Assembly (NCBI RefSeq): GCF_018977255.1
Contig: NW_024704743.1
Span: 81,966,001 to 82,030,000, forward strand
DNA length: 64,000 nt
Reading direction: 5' to 3'
Origin: Callorhinchus milii
Lineage: Eukaryota
A program made the translations under genes and the position numbers. Positions 38,521 to 52,425 of this stretch are shown here, in pieces. Position 1 is the stretch's first letter, and each line of letters begins with the position of its first letter. Below the pieces are notes generated by a model that did not search any database, was not told the origin of the DNA, and saw only the letters and a list, made by a program, of their open reading frames with translations.

Positions 38521-38784
38521 AGGTAGTTTATAAACACATCTTACTCTTACTCCACAGAAATCTAGAGATTATGCTGCAGTGCTGCGGGCTCTGGTCAAGT
38601 CATACCTAGATTACTCCATAAATATCTGGTCACTACTGCAAATTTTCTATCTGGTACCTCATGTAAGTGACAAGCGTTGGCAGCAGTTCCAACTATCAGA
38701 TCTGAGCCTTAACGTATCTATGCACACTTTGAGCTGACACCAGACAAATCATCGCACAGCTTCTGGATTGCTGTAAGATTCCAA

Positions 38785-39052
38785 CTGGTTCATTAACATC
38801 CCTCAGGACAGAAATCTGCCACCCTTACCCAGACTGGCCTACACATGACTCCAGGCCCACACTATATAGTTGACATTTAGTGCCATCTATAATAGCTTAG
38901 CAAACTATTCAGTTGTAGGAAAACTGCTGCAAAAATCAAGTACTGCAGTGTTTGAAGAAAGGCTCACCACCACCTTCTCAGGGCAACCAGGGATGGACAG
39001 TAAATACTTGCCCTGCCAGGGTTGCCCACATCCTGAGATTGAGTAAAAAAAT
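38785..39052 (+). mobile_element. Short non-autonomous retroposon with LINE-type 3' end
   Basis: GGCTCACCACCACCTTCTCAGGGCAA..AGGGATGG...GCCCACATCC followed by an A-rich end; recalled from shark repeats, family uncertain. Confidence 0.5.
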
Positions 39053-39959
39053 ACTTTCCATCAGGGGCCACAGAGATAATTGGGCCGGAAACCTCACCCA
39101 TTATTTTGCCTCCCAAGTCCAGCCCAAATGTATTGCCTTACCGCTGAACCATCTAAGATCAACTACCTCAGTGCAGATTGTGGATCAAACTGGTGACCTT
39201 CCAGGTCTGCGTGGCTCAGTTTCAAACTAGGCAGCAACTTTACTAAATGAGCTATCAGGGGAACTGATATCAACTATTAATACTTCCTCAGCTGAAGTAA
39301 ACAACACTGAATTACACATATTGTATTTCAATACAAATAGCGAGTTAGTTGAATTAATTCCACAGTCACTTTATGCTCTCATTCACTGTTGGTCTCTCAC
39401 CACCCCTGCAATTCCACACAACTGAGGTAGCCTACTTACATTTCCTCACCATGTGATTATAATCATGCTCTTTCCTTACTGTTCTGCAAGGTGATAAAAG
39501 CAATCTTCATTCATACAACTAAGCCATCAGCTCAAAAACAGCACACTCACATCAGTGCCACCAAATTTGATACTACATCAGACCCACAGCTGATGTGGCT
39601 CCATATCCACTGCATTACTTTTTTGCCAATACTTAATGGAATGGTTTATCATTGTAAATGGATTAGAAATTCTGAACAATGAAAAATGTTGGTTTAGTAT
39701 TTTTTTTAATGGATTTCTTTATTACAGATATAAAAGTCCATGGTGCTGCCTTGTGGACACCACCACTCTAACACGTATTAGTTTTCAGATAGTTTCCTTT
39801 TCTGGTTGAGTCAGGGTTATGCCCTGCAATGGACTTCCAGGTACCATAAGGAATCACCACACAGATTTTTGAATTGAGAAATTCATTAATTCCTCGAAAA
39901 TTAACCCTAGAGAGTCTAAGAGCTTGAGATAAAACACTTCTCCTCTCTTCACAAGATGA

Positions 39960-40440
39960 CAAGAACATTTCAGATGAAGCAGGCTCTTCGGCCCATTTGA
40001 TTTCATCCTTTCAGAAAATCCACCTCACCATCTTCCCATCACAGCACTTAGCTATTTTTAAATGAGTCCTTGTCATGGCCTCAACCACCCTACCTTGCAC
40101 CCTGTTCCAGTCATTGATTACCCACTCAGAAATAAAAAACTTCCTGGTGTCTGTCCTGAAATTGACCTTTGCAAATTTAAATCTGTTCCTCTTGTTTTAC
40201 TATCTTGCTACATCCTAAAGTATTGTTCTGGATGTATTTTTGTCAATCCTGGTTATAGTATTATGCACCTGTATAACATCTCTTTTCAAGACTGAAGAGT
40301 CCTGGTTTCTCTAATCACTGCTAGTAGCTCATTCCTCTAACACTGGGGATCATCCTAATTTTTCTCCTCTACTTTACCTCTAGGGCTTGGTGACCAGAAC
40401 TATTCACAGTGTTGCCTGACCAGAGCACTGCATATCCTTC
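39960..40440 (-). mobile_element. Old CR1-type 3' fragment
   Basis: GGCTCTTCGGCCCAT 3'UTR; GGTGACCAGAACT encodes FWSP on the minus strand. Confidence 0.65.
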
Positions 40441-40446
40441 AATAGT

Positions 40447-40582
40447 TAAAAAATAAAGACAGATAATGCTGGCAATCTATTACATGTCAATCCAAAAAGC
40501 TCTAAAGAAGGAGCTCTGAAATGATTAACTTTCAGATTCAGATTTCCAGCGTCTGTATTTTTATTTCAGCATCTCCAGTTGT
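40447..40582. mobile_element. Highly degraded third Penelope-like palindrome
   Basis: AAATAAAGACAGATAATGCTGG inverted against CCAGCGTCTGTATTTTTATTT; decayed core CTAAAGAAG..GAAATG. Confidence 0.45.
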
Positions 40583-40767
40583 TTCTTTTTTATTTTCATC
40601 TCAAGAAAATTAAATCCCTGGGCACCAAATACGATGGGAAAAAACAACTTTGCTTAGAGACTGACTGTGTGTACAAAGAAATATGTGCCCCACATGCCGG
40701 GAATATTAAAAGTGGCATTGCCCAAGCTTTGAGGGATTTAAGATACACTAAAACTCATATAATTTGT

Positions 40768-41130
40768 ATCCTGTTGCTTAGTGGTCAGAGTACTCGCCTT
40801 GCAAGCGAGAGGGCCTGGGTTCAATTCCTGGCAGGGTGAAACGTTGGGCAAGTTTCCTTACTACACACACCTCTGGTTTACCTAGCAGTAAGTAAGAATC
40901 GAGTTGTTAGTTGATTGGCAGATCGCTTTTTCGGGGGTAGTAAATCCTTCAAAAACAAAAATAAATTTAAAAAATAATAATAATTTGGTCACTCAATCCA
41001 CGACTGTTGGTGGGACACTGCTGTGCATAATTGACGTCCGCGTTTTGCCCACAAAATATATGGTTAATTCATTTTACAGTATATTCTGTGAAGTGCTTTG
41101 AGATGTCTCGAAGACGTGATTATTATCATT
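40768..41130 (+). mobile_element. tRNA-Ala SINE, long variant
   Basis: Head, CORE-like segment and truncated tail. Confidence 0.88.
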
Positions 41131-41559
41131 ATCAGTCGGGACCAAAACACTGAATATGACTTACGCGAAGTCTGAGTTGCAGACAAATTGTATAAATTGT
41201 AGAAAATCTGATTTAATCAATAATCCACACTGTACATGTGTAATTCAATGCAGTCGGTAAGAGCGTTTCCGGTGATTGGTCAAAACAACAATTCTCCCAC
41301 TACAATGCGTCTTCTCCCGTCCCCGCAAGTGTTGGAATCGCACTGAATCACGGGAAAAGAAGTTCTTGAGTCGACAGATGAAGATATCATTACCCGCAAT
41401 TCAATGCAGCTGGTAGGAATAATGGAGGGCAGGGGAGTGGCATTACGAATTAGGAGGTGGTTAACACGAGTAGTGCAAAGAAATCTAAGTGGTTTTGATA
41501 GGAAACTGAATGGATCTCGGGTGCATGTATAACATAGGCAATTATATGATTTATAAAGA

Positions 41560-41924
41560 TAATAATAATAATAATCCTTGCAATTGATATAGCGCCTTAT
41601 CACATCTTCATCACATCCCAAAGTGCTTCACAAAATCTACTTTAAAGTGAATTGACTGAATATTTTGTGGGCGAAACACGGCAGCCAATTATGCACAGCA
41701 GTGTCCCACAAACAGTCGTGGATTGAGTGACCAATTTTTGAAGGAATTGTTACCCCCAGAAAAGTGATCTGCCAATCGACTAACAATTGGTTTCCTACTT
41801 ACCGCAGGTAAACAGAGGAGTGTGAAGTAAGGAAACTTACCCAACGTTTTTCCCTGACCGAGAATCGAATCCAGGTCCTCTCACTTACAAGGCCAGTGCT
41901 CTAACTAGTAAGCTACAGGACTCC
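41560..41924 (-). mobile_element. tRNA-Ala SINE, long variant
   Basis: Full length; candidate TSD AAGATAA at 41556-41562 and 41927-41933. Confidence 0.88.
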
Positions 41925-43869
41925 ACAAGATAAGACTTATGCATGTTTTACTGTAGTCCTAAATAACCAGAATTCATTGTCTAACCAATAAAGAAAAATG
42001 GCCCAATTTGAGGGTCACTTAAAGATCTGCAGCTTGGTTCAGTATTCGTCTCTTGGAATCACATCTCCCTGCAGTAAAGTGTGGTCCAAGTGCACAGCAA
42101 GCAACGGAAATCAACTCTAGTACTGAAAAAGCAAGAAAACAAGCAACATCACCTCTGACATACCTCCATCTTCTCACACAACTGTGAAAGGCTGTTAAAC
42201 AACTTGAACTTTCCTCAGAAACAGCACTTAATAGTTCCTTGGAGAAATACTGACAGCCAACCATCACAATGCCTTGTTTATGTGTCTTTGTCTTCTGCCT
42301 TTATGAAAATTGGCCAGAAGCTTTTGATTTAGTTTTGAACAGGGATGAGAGGCTAACATTTTAATGGCTAACACTTGATTAGCTTGGGTAAACAATGTAC
42401 CAGTTGCACACTGGAACCCTATGGTTCTGAAATATTGTACAGGCTGTGAACTATGTGTAGACATGTGTCTTTAGATGGACTTACAGTTGTCCTTAATTAT
42501 GTAATGAATGCCCAATATCGTTCTCTGCGGCTCAATTAGAGATGTTCTCGTATTTTCAAAAGAATACAACAATTTCATAACATTGGCAGCAGAAGCTTTT
42601 TACGATTGCGTGGAGGGTGGTGGGGTGTAAGGGGTGCATGGGGCTGTTTTCCTAAGCTAAGGAAAAACAATTGTGCTCTCCCATATGGAACAAAAAAGTA
42701 CAGAAGAAAAGGTGTCTTCTTGCCCATATCGCTCACTCCTTCCACCGTTAAGTACCACCTTCATCTAATCTTTTCTGTGAAAAAAAATCTGTAAAAGTTT
42801 TGGACCAAAACTGCAGAATATCTATCCAGACTCCATATTTGCTGTTCAACATCAGCCTGCTTTGTTCCAGTCAACCTCCCCACTACAAAGACCTGAAAAT
42901 CCTTGGCTGTGAATGCAGGAAGCCTTTGGACTGTGTGTGCACATGCTCCAGCCAATCGAGATTGAATTCAAATGTTCTCATGAAGCTGGCGCGTGTGCTT
43001 CCATGTGCATAGCTGGGCTGTGTGCATGAAACATCCACCTTGATTGGTTTGCAGAGAGGATGGAACCAGCACATCAAAGGAAAGGGATGTGTGCCTGAGC
43101 TATGGGCGGAAGATGTTGGCGATCCTCTTACACATTTCATGCTAAGCTGTATCGTTCACCTGAAAGCTCACAAAGCATTCTTGCTATCTACCTATCTACC
43201 AATGTCAAATGGCCAACAAATGACTATGCTTGGGGCGGGGTGGGGAAGGTAAGTGAGGTCTCATTGGAACTGTACTGGCTCCAAAGTGACATGGTTGGCA
43301 ACGGAATGTCGGAATCGAGCCAGCCCTCTGTGGCAGACTTGGTAATCCAGTTCCTAAGCCAGGTGGGTCCGCAATATTCCAGAATCACAGCTCATCATCA
43401 GGACTTGGATGGGCGGACCAGTCACTGGGGCAGGGAGTCATCCCACTCAGCTCCTGTTAGCCCTAAAAATCAAAGCCCCAATGGGTAGGGTGGTCCTCAC
43501 TGGACAAACATTGGGAAACCTTGCCAGGCCGTGCTCTCAATGGTGCGATATGCGGTTTAGCTGGTTAGACTTAAACAGTATCCAAAAAGCACACTCTGGA
43601 GTCCCCAACCCTTGGCTCTTGCCAACCTGCGCTAATGCTTCCCGGAATTAGGTAACCAGATGCATCCTTCTAGCGAGAGAGTACGCATTCCATTATTATT
43701 AGCTCTTTAAAAAACTACTATAGCTGCTTCTAAATTAAGACTGGATCTGAGAATTTTCCACAATTGTATGCAATTTAGTTTGCATCTGTGAAAGAAAATG
43801 GCTTCTTCTGGGCCTCTTGCTTTTCCCTCAGCAACTGTTGCCCACCCCCCCCAACCTTATGGAGGAATA

Positions 43870-44185
43870 TATTTTTTAATGGGATGGAGAGAGTAACCAC
43901 ACACAACAATACTTGCAATTGTGCTCATTCAACAGAATAAGAGGACACAGATTCAGGTTTGCAAAGGGCAATTTCAGAATAGACACCAAGAAGTATTTCT
44001 TTACCCAGGGGGTAATTAATAATTGGAAGAGGTTGACAGGAAAGATGATCGAGGTCAGGATGCTGGAATCATTTGGAAAAAGTTTTGCCAGTGTGACGGG
44101 AAGTCAGAAGTAGGTATCCTGCAAGGTAGTAATCAAATGGGCTGAAATGTCTTCTTCAATTCAAACACCTCTGGTGATCTTGTGA
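43870..44185 (+). mobile_element. CR1 3' fragment
   Basis: RIRGHRFRFAKGNFR..KKYFFTQGVINNW. Confidence 0.8.
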
Positions 44186-44224
44186 TCACTAGAACAGGAT
44201 AGGACCTTTATAAGCTGGGAGACA

Positions 44225-45063
44225 CAACAACAAGAAATTGCATTTATATAGCACCTTTCACTTCGGGAGGATGTTCAAAGGCACTGGACAGTCGAGGATT
44301 TGTATTCTAGCTGGTGGGTCGATCTGGGAGGGGTGGGGGCTGGAAGTAGTGGGCTGGGAAGATGACCAAAGGCGCGGTCAAAGAGGAAGGTCTTCAGATG
44401 GACGTTGAACGAGGCGAGGGAAGAGGCAAGGTGAAGGATTCCAGGATGGAGTTCCAGAGGGAGGGAGCAGAAAGGCTGACAGCCCAAATGCCAATGGAGG
44501 AGTCGACAGGGCGGGGGCATAATGCAGGCTAATGCCTGTTAAGTGGAGAGAATGGGCGGGTTGGTAGAACTTTAGAAGGTCGCAGGACAAGACTGTGAAG
44601 GGATTTAAAATGAAGGTGAGGATCTTGAATTTGAGCCTCTGGGGGCTGGAGAGCCTGGCAAGGATGGGAGTGATAGGCTTGTGGAACCTGATGTAGAAGA
44701 GGGCATGAGCTGCAGAGTTCTGAATGATCTGCAGCTTGTGGAGGGATCCGTTGGGAAGTCCGTTGAGCAGAGAGTTGGTGTTGTCAAGCCTGAAATGATG
44801 AAAGCATAGATGAGGGTATCAGCAGCCCAAGGGGAGACATAGTGGCGGAAGTGGGCAAAGTTGCAGAGGTGGAAAAAAAGCTGAATGTGTCAAGGCATGG
44901 ATATGGGTCTAACGGACAGTTGAGACTCGAAAACAACAATGAAGTTCTGCACTGGTTCTGTGAGATGGAATGTGCATCCTTGTAGTTTGATGCTGTCAGT
45001 GCCTGTGTTGAGAAGGTGATGATGGGAGCCAAGCACCAGAGCTTCTGTCTTGTCGACATTCAA
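44225..45063 (-). mobile_element. L2 3' fragment
   Basis: LNVDKTEALVLGS, HLKTFLFDRAF and tail. Confidence 0.85.
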
Positions 45064-46868
45064 ACATTCAAATGGGTTACATGTTTCCACACCATCTTCA
45101 ATGTCTTCTTCACGGGCAAAACAATGCAACAGTATAAATAGCAAGGTGAAAGCCTGAAGGATGTTCATCACTTTCTGAGGTAGTTCTGGGGAATGTGTCA
45201 GCCTGCAGATACATTGAGAAACCGGAGAGAGAGAGAGAAAATAAAAGGATATGCTCCTGAACTTGCAGACTGGCATTTGGTTTTATTTTTAAGCTCATCT
45301 AAAACAGTAAGAGTTGGCAGAGGGATCCACCATCCAGCTTGAATTATGCTTAGCTGCTGTGGCCTCCAACATTCTTCATGTGTCCCTCAGAAACTCTTGT
45401 TGTTTGTCTATTGCCTCCCCCCCACCCACCACCACCCCCCACTCCGAGTAATATCTCTTTCCACCATGACTTGCCATGAACAATTGAATAATAATCCTTG
45501 GATTTGATATAGTACTTCATCAAGACTAAGTATTTAATATTTCAAAGTGCTTCACAGAGTTTTTCTGTTTAGTGTCGTGACTGTGTATTAGTGGGTGAAC
45601 CCAATTATCTCAGTATTACAATAATTCCCATGAAGTACTTTGAGACTTCCTCCAATTTATCCTTTACTGTGTGCAAATTACATAAGAACATAAGAAATGC
45701 TAGACGAAAATAGAGCAAGGTCCATCTAGTTCGTCTTCCACCTTCCTGGCGGTTGCAGGCACATATGTTCCAAACTATCTATTTTAAAGGTAAGTTGTCT
45801 GTCACATTTGCCTATAAAATACACAGTCACTACACTTTACAGTAAAATTCTGTGAAGCTCTTTGAGGTACCTTCCTGATGTGGAAGACGTGTATCAAAAG
45901 GCAAGAATTATTATCCTAGAAAAACAAGCATAAGTAACATTGAAACAGCTTCAGCAGGAAAATGGTTAACATTGTCCGCTTTAGTCAATGGCATGCAAAC
46001 TGCAATGTCTTTTATTTTTTTGGATGTCTCAAACAAAACTCGATATTTTCCAGATGCCTGTCATGCTGTGTCGCAAGATGTTTCATTTGCCAGTTTTATT
46101 GGATTATTACTGAATAATCCATCCAGTATAAGCATGTTGAATAAAATTACACATCATTAAACCAACTCCCCCAAAACAAACTTCCATTAAGCAACAGAGT
46201 AATCCCCCCTTCTAATCCCCAATACTTTCATCAAATTGTCTTAATAATTGAGTGATAGAACTTGATATTGGAATGGTTGCAATACAACCAAAGCTAGTTG
46301 ATGGAAACTCATGGGACAAATAAAGTACTTCTGCCAATTGGGGTTTCACTTCACTGAAGATGGAACCTCCTGACTGTAATGGAGCTTCTGCTATAACCAG
46401 CAGGAAAATGTGTTTGTGATAAGACGTTTTGACAAGAGTTTCCTCAGTGGTTTAGTGGGTTAATGCATTATGTGTTATCTCACCAAGCCAAAAAAAACAT
46501 AGTGGAAGGTTTTATATTTGATCCATGCTCTGAGTTGGTTGAGTGATCTGATCTCAACAGTGGATTTGGTAGAATGGTAACAGCCAGGGTTCCTGCTCTT
46601 CCTGTCTTCTAACGGTTCAACTTCAAGGTTCTCATCCTTGCCTATAAATCCTTTAGCGCCCGAGCACCTCCCTACTCCTCCTCATCTTCTTCCTACTATC
46701 ATTGGTGACTGAGCCATCAGCTAACCTCTGGAACTCTGTCCCTCTATCCCTCCATCTTGCGCCCTCTCTAGCTCTCTAACTGCAATTATGGTCACTACGC
46801 CCTCCCTCCTTTCCTTTCTCTCTTGCTCAGAGCCTGACCCTGTCCTCATGAAGTGATTTGAGATGTTA

Positions 46869-47330
46869 GCATAACATAACATAACATAACATAACATAAC
46901 ATAACATAACATAACATAACATGTAGGAGCAGGAGTAGGCCATTCGGCCCTTCGAGCCTGCCCCGCCATTCAATCATGGCTGATCTTCTAATCTAACTCC
47001 AGCTAATAACCTGGCCCTGCCTTATACCAATATCCCTTAATCCATTTTGCAATAAGAAATCTATCTATCTCAGTCTTGAATATGTTCAAGGACTGAGCGT
47101 CAACAGCCCTTTGAGGTAGTAAGTTCCATACATTCACCACCCTTTGAGTGAAGAAGTTCTTCCTCAACTCAGTGCGAACGGGCTGGCCTCTGATTTTAAG
47201 GTTGTGACCCCTGGTTTTAGTTTCTCCAACCAGGGGAAACAATCTCCCACTATCTACTCTATCATGCCCTTTGATGATCTTATAGGTTTCTATAAGAACC
47301 CCTCTAATTCTTCTATATTCTAGAGAATAT
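46869..47330 (-). mobile_element. CR1 3' fragment ending in an expanded (CATAA)n microsatellite (46869-46923)
   Basis: YSLEYRRIRGVLIETYKII, TRGHNLK, FFTQRVVNVWN. Confidence 0.92.
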
Positions 47331-49418
47331 GGGAAGGGCACTATATAAATGCAAGTTGTTGTTCACCACTACTAATTGGACCTCAATGGGAAGTACTGTA
47401 CTCAGGTTTGGACAAAGGACAAGGACAAGATCGATCCCAATCTTGTGCCCCTCACAGATCAATAGGCTGCAGATTGACATGAAGAATAGCCATTTGGGCA
47501 AGGATTTGGAGGGCTGTCAGTCCTTGCGGAATCAGACAACAGCACCAACCAGTATCTTCAGAAAGAAAGGGAGAAAGGGGAAAAATTAGCGAAAAATTCA
47601 ACTCGTGATCCAAAAGATAATTATTTAGTGATGTAAACTTGCCTCCAAGGCTATCTTTCTCCTGGCCACTATGGATAGAATTTACGGCCTCTATGCCCAT
47701 CTTTTTGCTTGAATTAGAGGTTGTGGATTGAAAAGACTACTTCTATGATCAGCACGTATCCATCTTTAATCTTTTACCTTCAGACTGACAGCAAAAATAG
47801 CCAGAAATGTGAATGAAAAAATGCTTTGAAATTAAGGTTGCAAAAACCTTCCAAAAAGTTTTTTGGGTCATCCAGATGTCTGATATTTGCAGATATATGT
47901 ATCACCATGCTTAAGAGTATGCAAACCAAACAGAGCTCCATACATCTAACAAATTGCATTTATAAAGCACCTCTTACATCAGGAGGACAACCCACCTACA
48001 GATGGAAATTCCAGAAATAATTAAACAAAGGATTGAAGCTGGAAAAAAGAAGGGAGGTAAGGGACAAATATAACAGTGAGAAATGGTTGGAATAGCTTGG
48101 GTAAAATAGATAGAATAAATAGAAAAAAGGTAGAATATGAAGCAAGCCATTACAATTTTAAGAATACAAACTTTGAATAAGCAAGAAGATAAAATAAAAC
48201 GATTAAAGAGGATATCATAATGAGTATCAGTAAAATGTTTAAAATGTTTTAGTTTTACCTTGAATTGTGTTTGTTGCATTTATTTTAATTGTTTGATGCA
48301 GAGTGGAAGGTCTGCAGTTTGTGTACAGAGTTTGAGTAGGGGTGAGTCCAGTGAGTAGGGCATTTGAGCAGATGATCTAAAGACCTCTCTATTAACCCTG
48401 GCTAACTACCAGCTAGAGTTCCCACACCATCTTTAAAATGTTTTCAGATATTTTCCCTACATGAAACACATTATAGAAGTACAAATTGTTGTTGTATATC
48501 TTTATAATGGGATTTCCTAACGTGATGAAATGGGCATCATTTTTATCGATCTCCATATGATAGACACCCTTATCCTTCTGTGGAATAAATCCAGACACAG
48601 AGCCAGCATTTAAAACCAACCTTAATCAGACACAATCGTTTTTTTTGTTCAGTTACTTTTCTGTTTCATCCTTCTACGCTTCCTGAATAATAAATCACAA
48701 GTAGCCTGATTGGACCATTCTACATGAATCTGTGTCAACTAGTTTTGATCATTTTTAGTTCTTAGATTCCCCTTGACCAGAAATGTTCTTTATATTAATG
48801 TGGTTCAGCACCTTGGGACGTCCTTCAGACATGAAAGGCGCTGTAGAAATGTGATCTTGTTGTTGTTGTTGTTTAGTTTTTCATATCCCATCACGTTTCT
48901 GGTGCCTCTGATGTCTGTGGTCCGAGTCACAGCAATTTATAATATGCTTTTTTTTTAGAAAATGGTGTCATATTTTAAATTGTTACAACTGCTGGTTTTA
49001 GAGAAGGATGTATTTCCTAGCAGTTCAGGTCTAAGAATGCTTTGATTTTCCCCAACCGTCTGAGGCTTCACATTCCACCTAGTCCTCGCCTATAAGATCA
49101 TTGTGGATAAACTGTACAATGGTGCAGAATTGTGGGAATTTCAGTCTTCATTTGAAAACCAGTTCTCTTTAAGAACTGCCTTCCAAGTTATTGCTTAAAA
49201 GCATCATAATATTCATCCCCTTCACATGTCCATTATTCGCCCCCTCTAAGTATTATCCTTTTGTCTATCACTAAGATATGCAGTTTAACATCCAACTAAG
49301 AAAGTAAATTAAGGATGCATCTCTAATAGCTGCTGAAACAAAGCTGGGATGCCACCAAGATTTCAAGAAGCCCTCAACTGCTCTCCATAGCAATGGCTTC
49401 ACAAACACCCTGCCATCT

Positions 49419-49843
49419 ATTAATAATAATGCTTGATACACCAACTTATCATGTCATCAAGATGTCTCAAAGCACTTCACAGGAAATTACTGTAAAGTGT
49501 AATTACTTTATTTTCTAGGTGAACACAGCAGCCAATTTGCGCACAGCATTGTTCCACATCAGCTATGAAGTGAGAGACCGATTTTATTTGGGGGACTGTT
49601 GGCCAGAAAACCAAGAGAAACTCCCTTCTCTTTTCAAAATAGTGCATGTGATCTTTACCATCCACCTGAACCTCGGTTTACCATCTCATCTGAAGCATTG
49701 CACCTCTAACAATGTAGTGCACGCCCAATACTGTATTGGAGTGTCAGCCTAGACTGCAAGCTCAAAATGCTGATGAGGGGCTTGATAGCACAGCATTCTG
49801 ATTTGGGGGCAAGATTGATACAAACTCACCCTAGCTGACACCC
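49419..49843 (-). mobile_element. Old Deu-type SINE, near full length
   Basis: CATCCACCTGAAC, CCTCGGTTTA.CATCTCATCTGAA, GGAGTGTCAGCCTAGA. Confidence 0.75.
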
Positions 49844-49934
49844 TGCTGAAACCATAAGCAATGACTTCAAGGGTCCCCTGAGCTGCCCTCCATTAACAAT
49901 GGTTTCAAGAAGTCCTTAAGTGGAGTTTTCAAGT

Positions 49935-50254
49935 GGATTCCTGTAGCTCAGTGGTTAGAGCGCTTGCCTTGCAAGTGAGACACCTGGGTTCGATTCCAGG
50001 CGGGCGAAACCTTCGGCAAGTTTCCTTACTCCACATGCCTAATAATAATCCCTCCAAAAAACAAAAACAATAATAAATTGGTCATTTTCAATCCATGACT
50101 GTTTGTGGAACACTGCTGTGCACAATTGGCTGTCACGTTTCACCCACAAATATACAGTCAATTCACTTTACAGCATATTCTGTGAAGCGCTTTGAGATGT
50201 CTAGAAGATGTGAAAAGCGCTATATCAAATGCAAGGATTATTATTATTATTATT
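49935..50254 (+). mobile_element. Young tRNA-Ala SINE, short variant
   Basis: B box GGTTCGATTCC; collinear with 29604-29932. Confidence 0.93.
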
Positions 50255-50554
50255 AAGAAGGTCTGTACAATAAGGAGTGCACTCTAAAGCTGCAAGTAAC
50301 TGGTTTGCTCCTTTGTGTAAAAGTTGAATGCTTATACTATAGCTCATTATCATTGGGAATCCTTTAAATGAAAAAAAATAATTTGTCCAAGCACTCAGAA
50401 AATAAACAAAAAATAGTTGTACATTTCTACTTTGGGGTAATTGCCTTATTGATTATTTTTCTTCCTTACATCTTTCAGCATATAACAAACACTGAATAAT
50501 TTCCTCGTTGTTTCAGAATGATTAAAATATGTGTGGACACATGTTGGAAACTTG

Positions 50555-50880
50555 CACGCCCAGACACTCCAGTGCAGTGCTGGGGAACCTACATTTTCAG
50601 CAATTCTCTCACTCAGATAAGATATCAAACCAAGGTCCAGTCTCTCTGTTCATCTGGAAGCTAAAGCCCCATGATGCTATTCAAAAAGAGAATGAGAGAT
50701 TGCCAAGTCTTCTATCCAATAATCCTCCAGATAAATTCATCCTATTTGTGCAACCTTGCTATGAGCAAATTAGCTGCCATATTTGCTTACAAAAATCATT
50801 CATTAGATTTGGCACAAATTATTGTGAAGTACCTTGAAATATTTCAATATGATAAAGCACTGTAAAAATGTTCTTTCTTT
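50555..50880 (+). mobile_element. Old Deu-type SINE
   Basis: GACACTCCAGTGCAGTGCTG, AAACCAAGG and CAAATTAGCTGCC motifs. Confidence 0.55.
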
Positions 50881-51146
50881 CATCTAAATTTCTTCTGTCT
50901 GCTGAGTATAAGAGTTTCTCTGTGAAGTATATCTGGGTATTCCCAGTTCAGTCTCTGGTGGGTATGGGCTCGCAACTCAACACAAGATAACATTGGTCAT
51001 TCACTTCATGGCTGTGGGACATTGCTGTGTGCAAATTGTTTACCTACAAAGTACACAGTCATTACACTTTACAATAAATCCTGTGAAGCTCTTTGAACCT
51101 CCTGTTAAAGGAGTTATATCAAATGCAAGCATTATTCATAGTAAAT

Positions 51147-52425
51147 ATTAGAATACATTAGAATATACAACACAGAAACAGGCCATTCGGCCCAACTGGT
51201 CTATGCTGGTGTTGATACTCCCATGAGCCTCCTCCTGCCCTTCCTCAACGAAGCCTTCAAGCATAACCTTCTATTCCTTTCTCCCTCAAGTACCTATCTA
51301 GATCCCCTTAAATATATGTATGCTATTTACCTCAACAACCCCTTATGGTAGCATGTTCCACATTTCCATTATTCTCCTTGTAAATACATTTTTTAACTTC
51401 CCTATTTGATCTGTATGTGACTATTTTATATTGATGGCCCATGGTTTTGGTCTCCCCTACAAGTGGAAACAACTTCCCTATGTCTACCCTATCAAAATCT
51501 TTCTTAATTTTAAACACCTCTATCAGGTCACCCCTCAACCTTCTCTTTTCAAGAGAAAAGAGTCCAAGCATGTTCAGCCTTTCCTGATAGGTATAACCGC
51601 TCGGTTCTGGGATCATCCTTGTGAATCTCCTTTGCACCCTCTCCAGTGCCTCTACATCCCTTCTAGGATATGGGGACCAGAATTGCACAATATTCTAAGT
51701 GTGGCCTAACCAAGGTTCTACAGAAGTTTACCATAACTTCCCTGCTTTTCATTTCTATCCCTCTAGAAATGAACCCCAATGTCTGGTTTGCCTTTTTTAT
51801 GGCCTTATTAACCTGCGTTGCTACTTTTAGTGAATTGTGTATGTGTACTCCAAGGTCCCTTTACTCCTCTACACCATTTAGGTTTTTATTTTCCAGGATG
51901 TATGTGACTTCCTTATTCCTTCTACCAAAATGTACCACCTAACACTTTTCTACATTGAAATACATTTGCCATTGAAATGCCCATTCAGCAAGTTTATTCA
52001 TGTCTTGCTGTAATTTATTGCAGTCCTCCTCTGTATTAACTGCTCCCCCCAATCTGGTGTCATCTGCAAATTTTGAAATTCTATTGCTGATTCCCGAGTC
52101 CAAATCATTAATGTATATTGTGAACAACAGTGGTCCCAATGCTGATCCTTGTGAAATACCACTGCCCACCCCTTGCCAGACTGAGTAGCCACCCTTTACC
52201 CCTACTCTCTGTTTTCTGTTTTGTAGCCAGCTTGCTATCCATTCTGCTATTTTTTCCTGAATCCACATGCTTTGACCTTATTCATTAGCCTAATATGTGG
52301 TACCTTACTGAACACCTTTTGGAAATCTAAATATATTACATCTACCGCATTACCCTTGTCTACGCTTTCTGTTACCCCTTCAAAGAATCCAATGAGTTTG
52401 GTCAAGCATGACCTTCCTTTTTTCA
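51147..52425 (-). mobile_element. CR1 LINE fragment with RT domain (frameshifted, internally deleted)
   Basis: SQGSALGPLLFTIYINDL, ISKFADDT, QFWSP..LERVQRRFTRMIP, RRLRGDLIEVFKI. Confidence 0.95.

Larger units (their letters stand above)
40746..41953. mobile_element. Non-autonomous Tc1/pogo-type DNA transposon invaded by two SINEs
   Basis: TA|CACTAAAAC...GTTTTACTG|TA; non-SINE parts align to the MITE at 56023-56194. Confidence 0.65.

Noticed and set aside
42952..43047. Imperfect inverted repeat CCAATC...GATTGG as a pre-miRNA
   Set aside because: Pairing is broken by large asymmetric gaps; I do not recognise a mature miRNA
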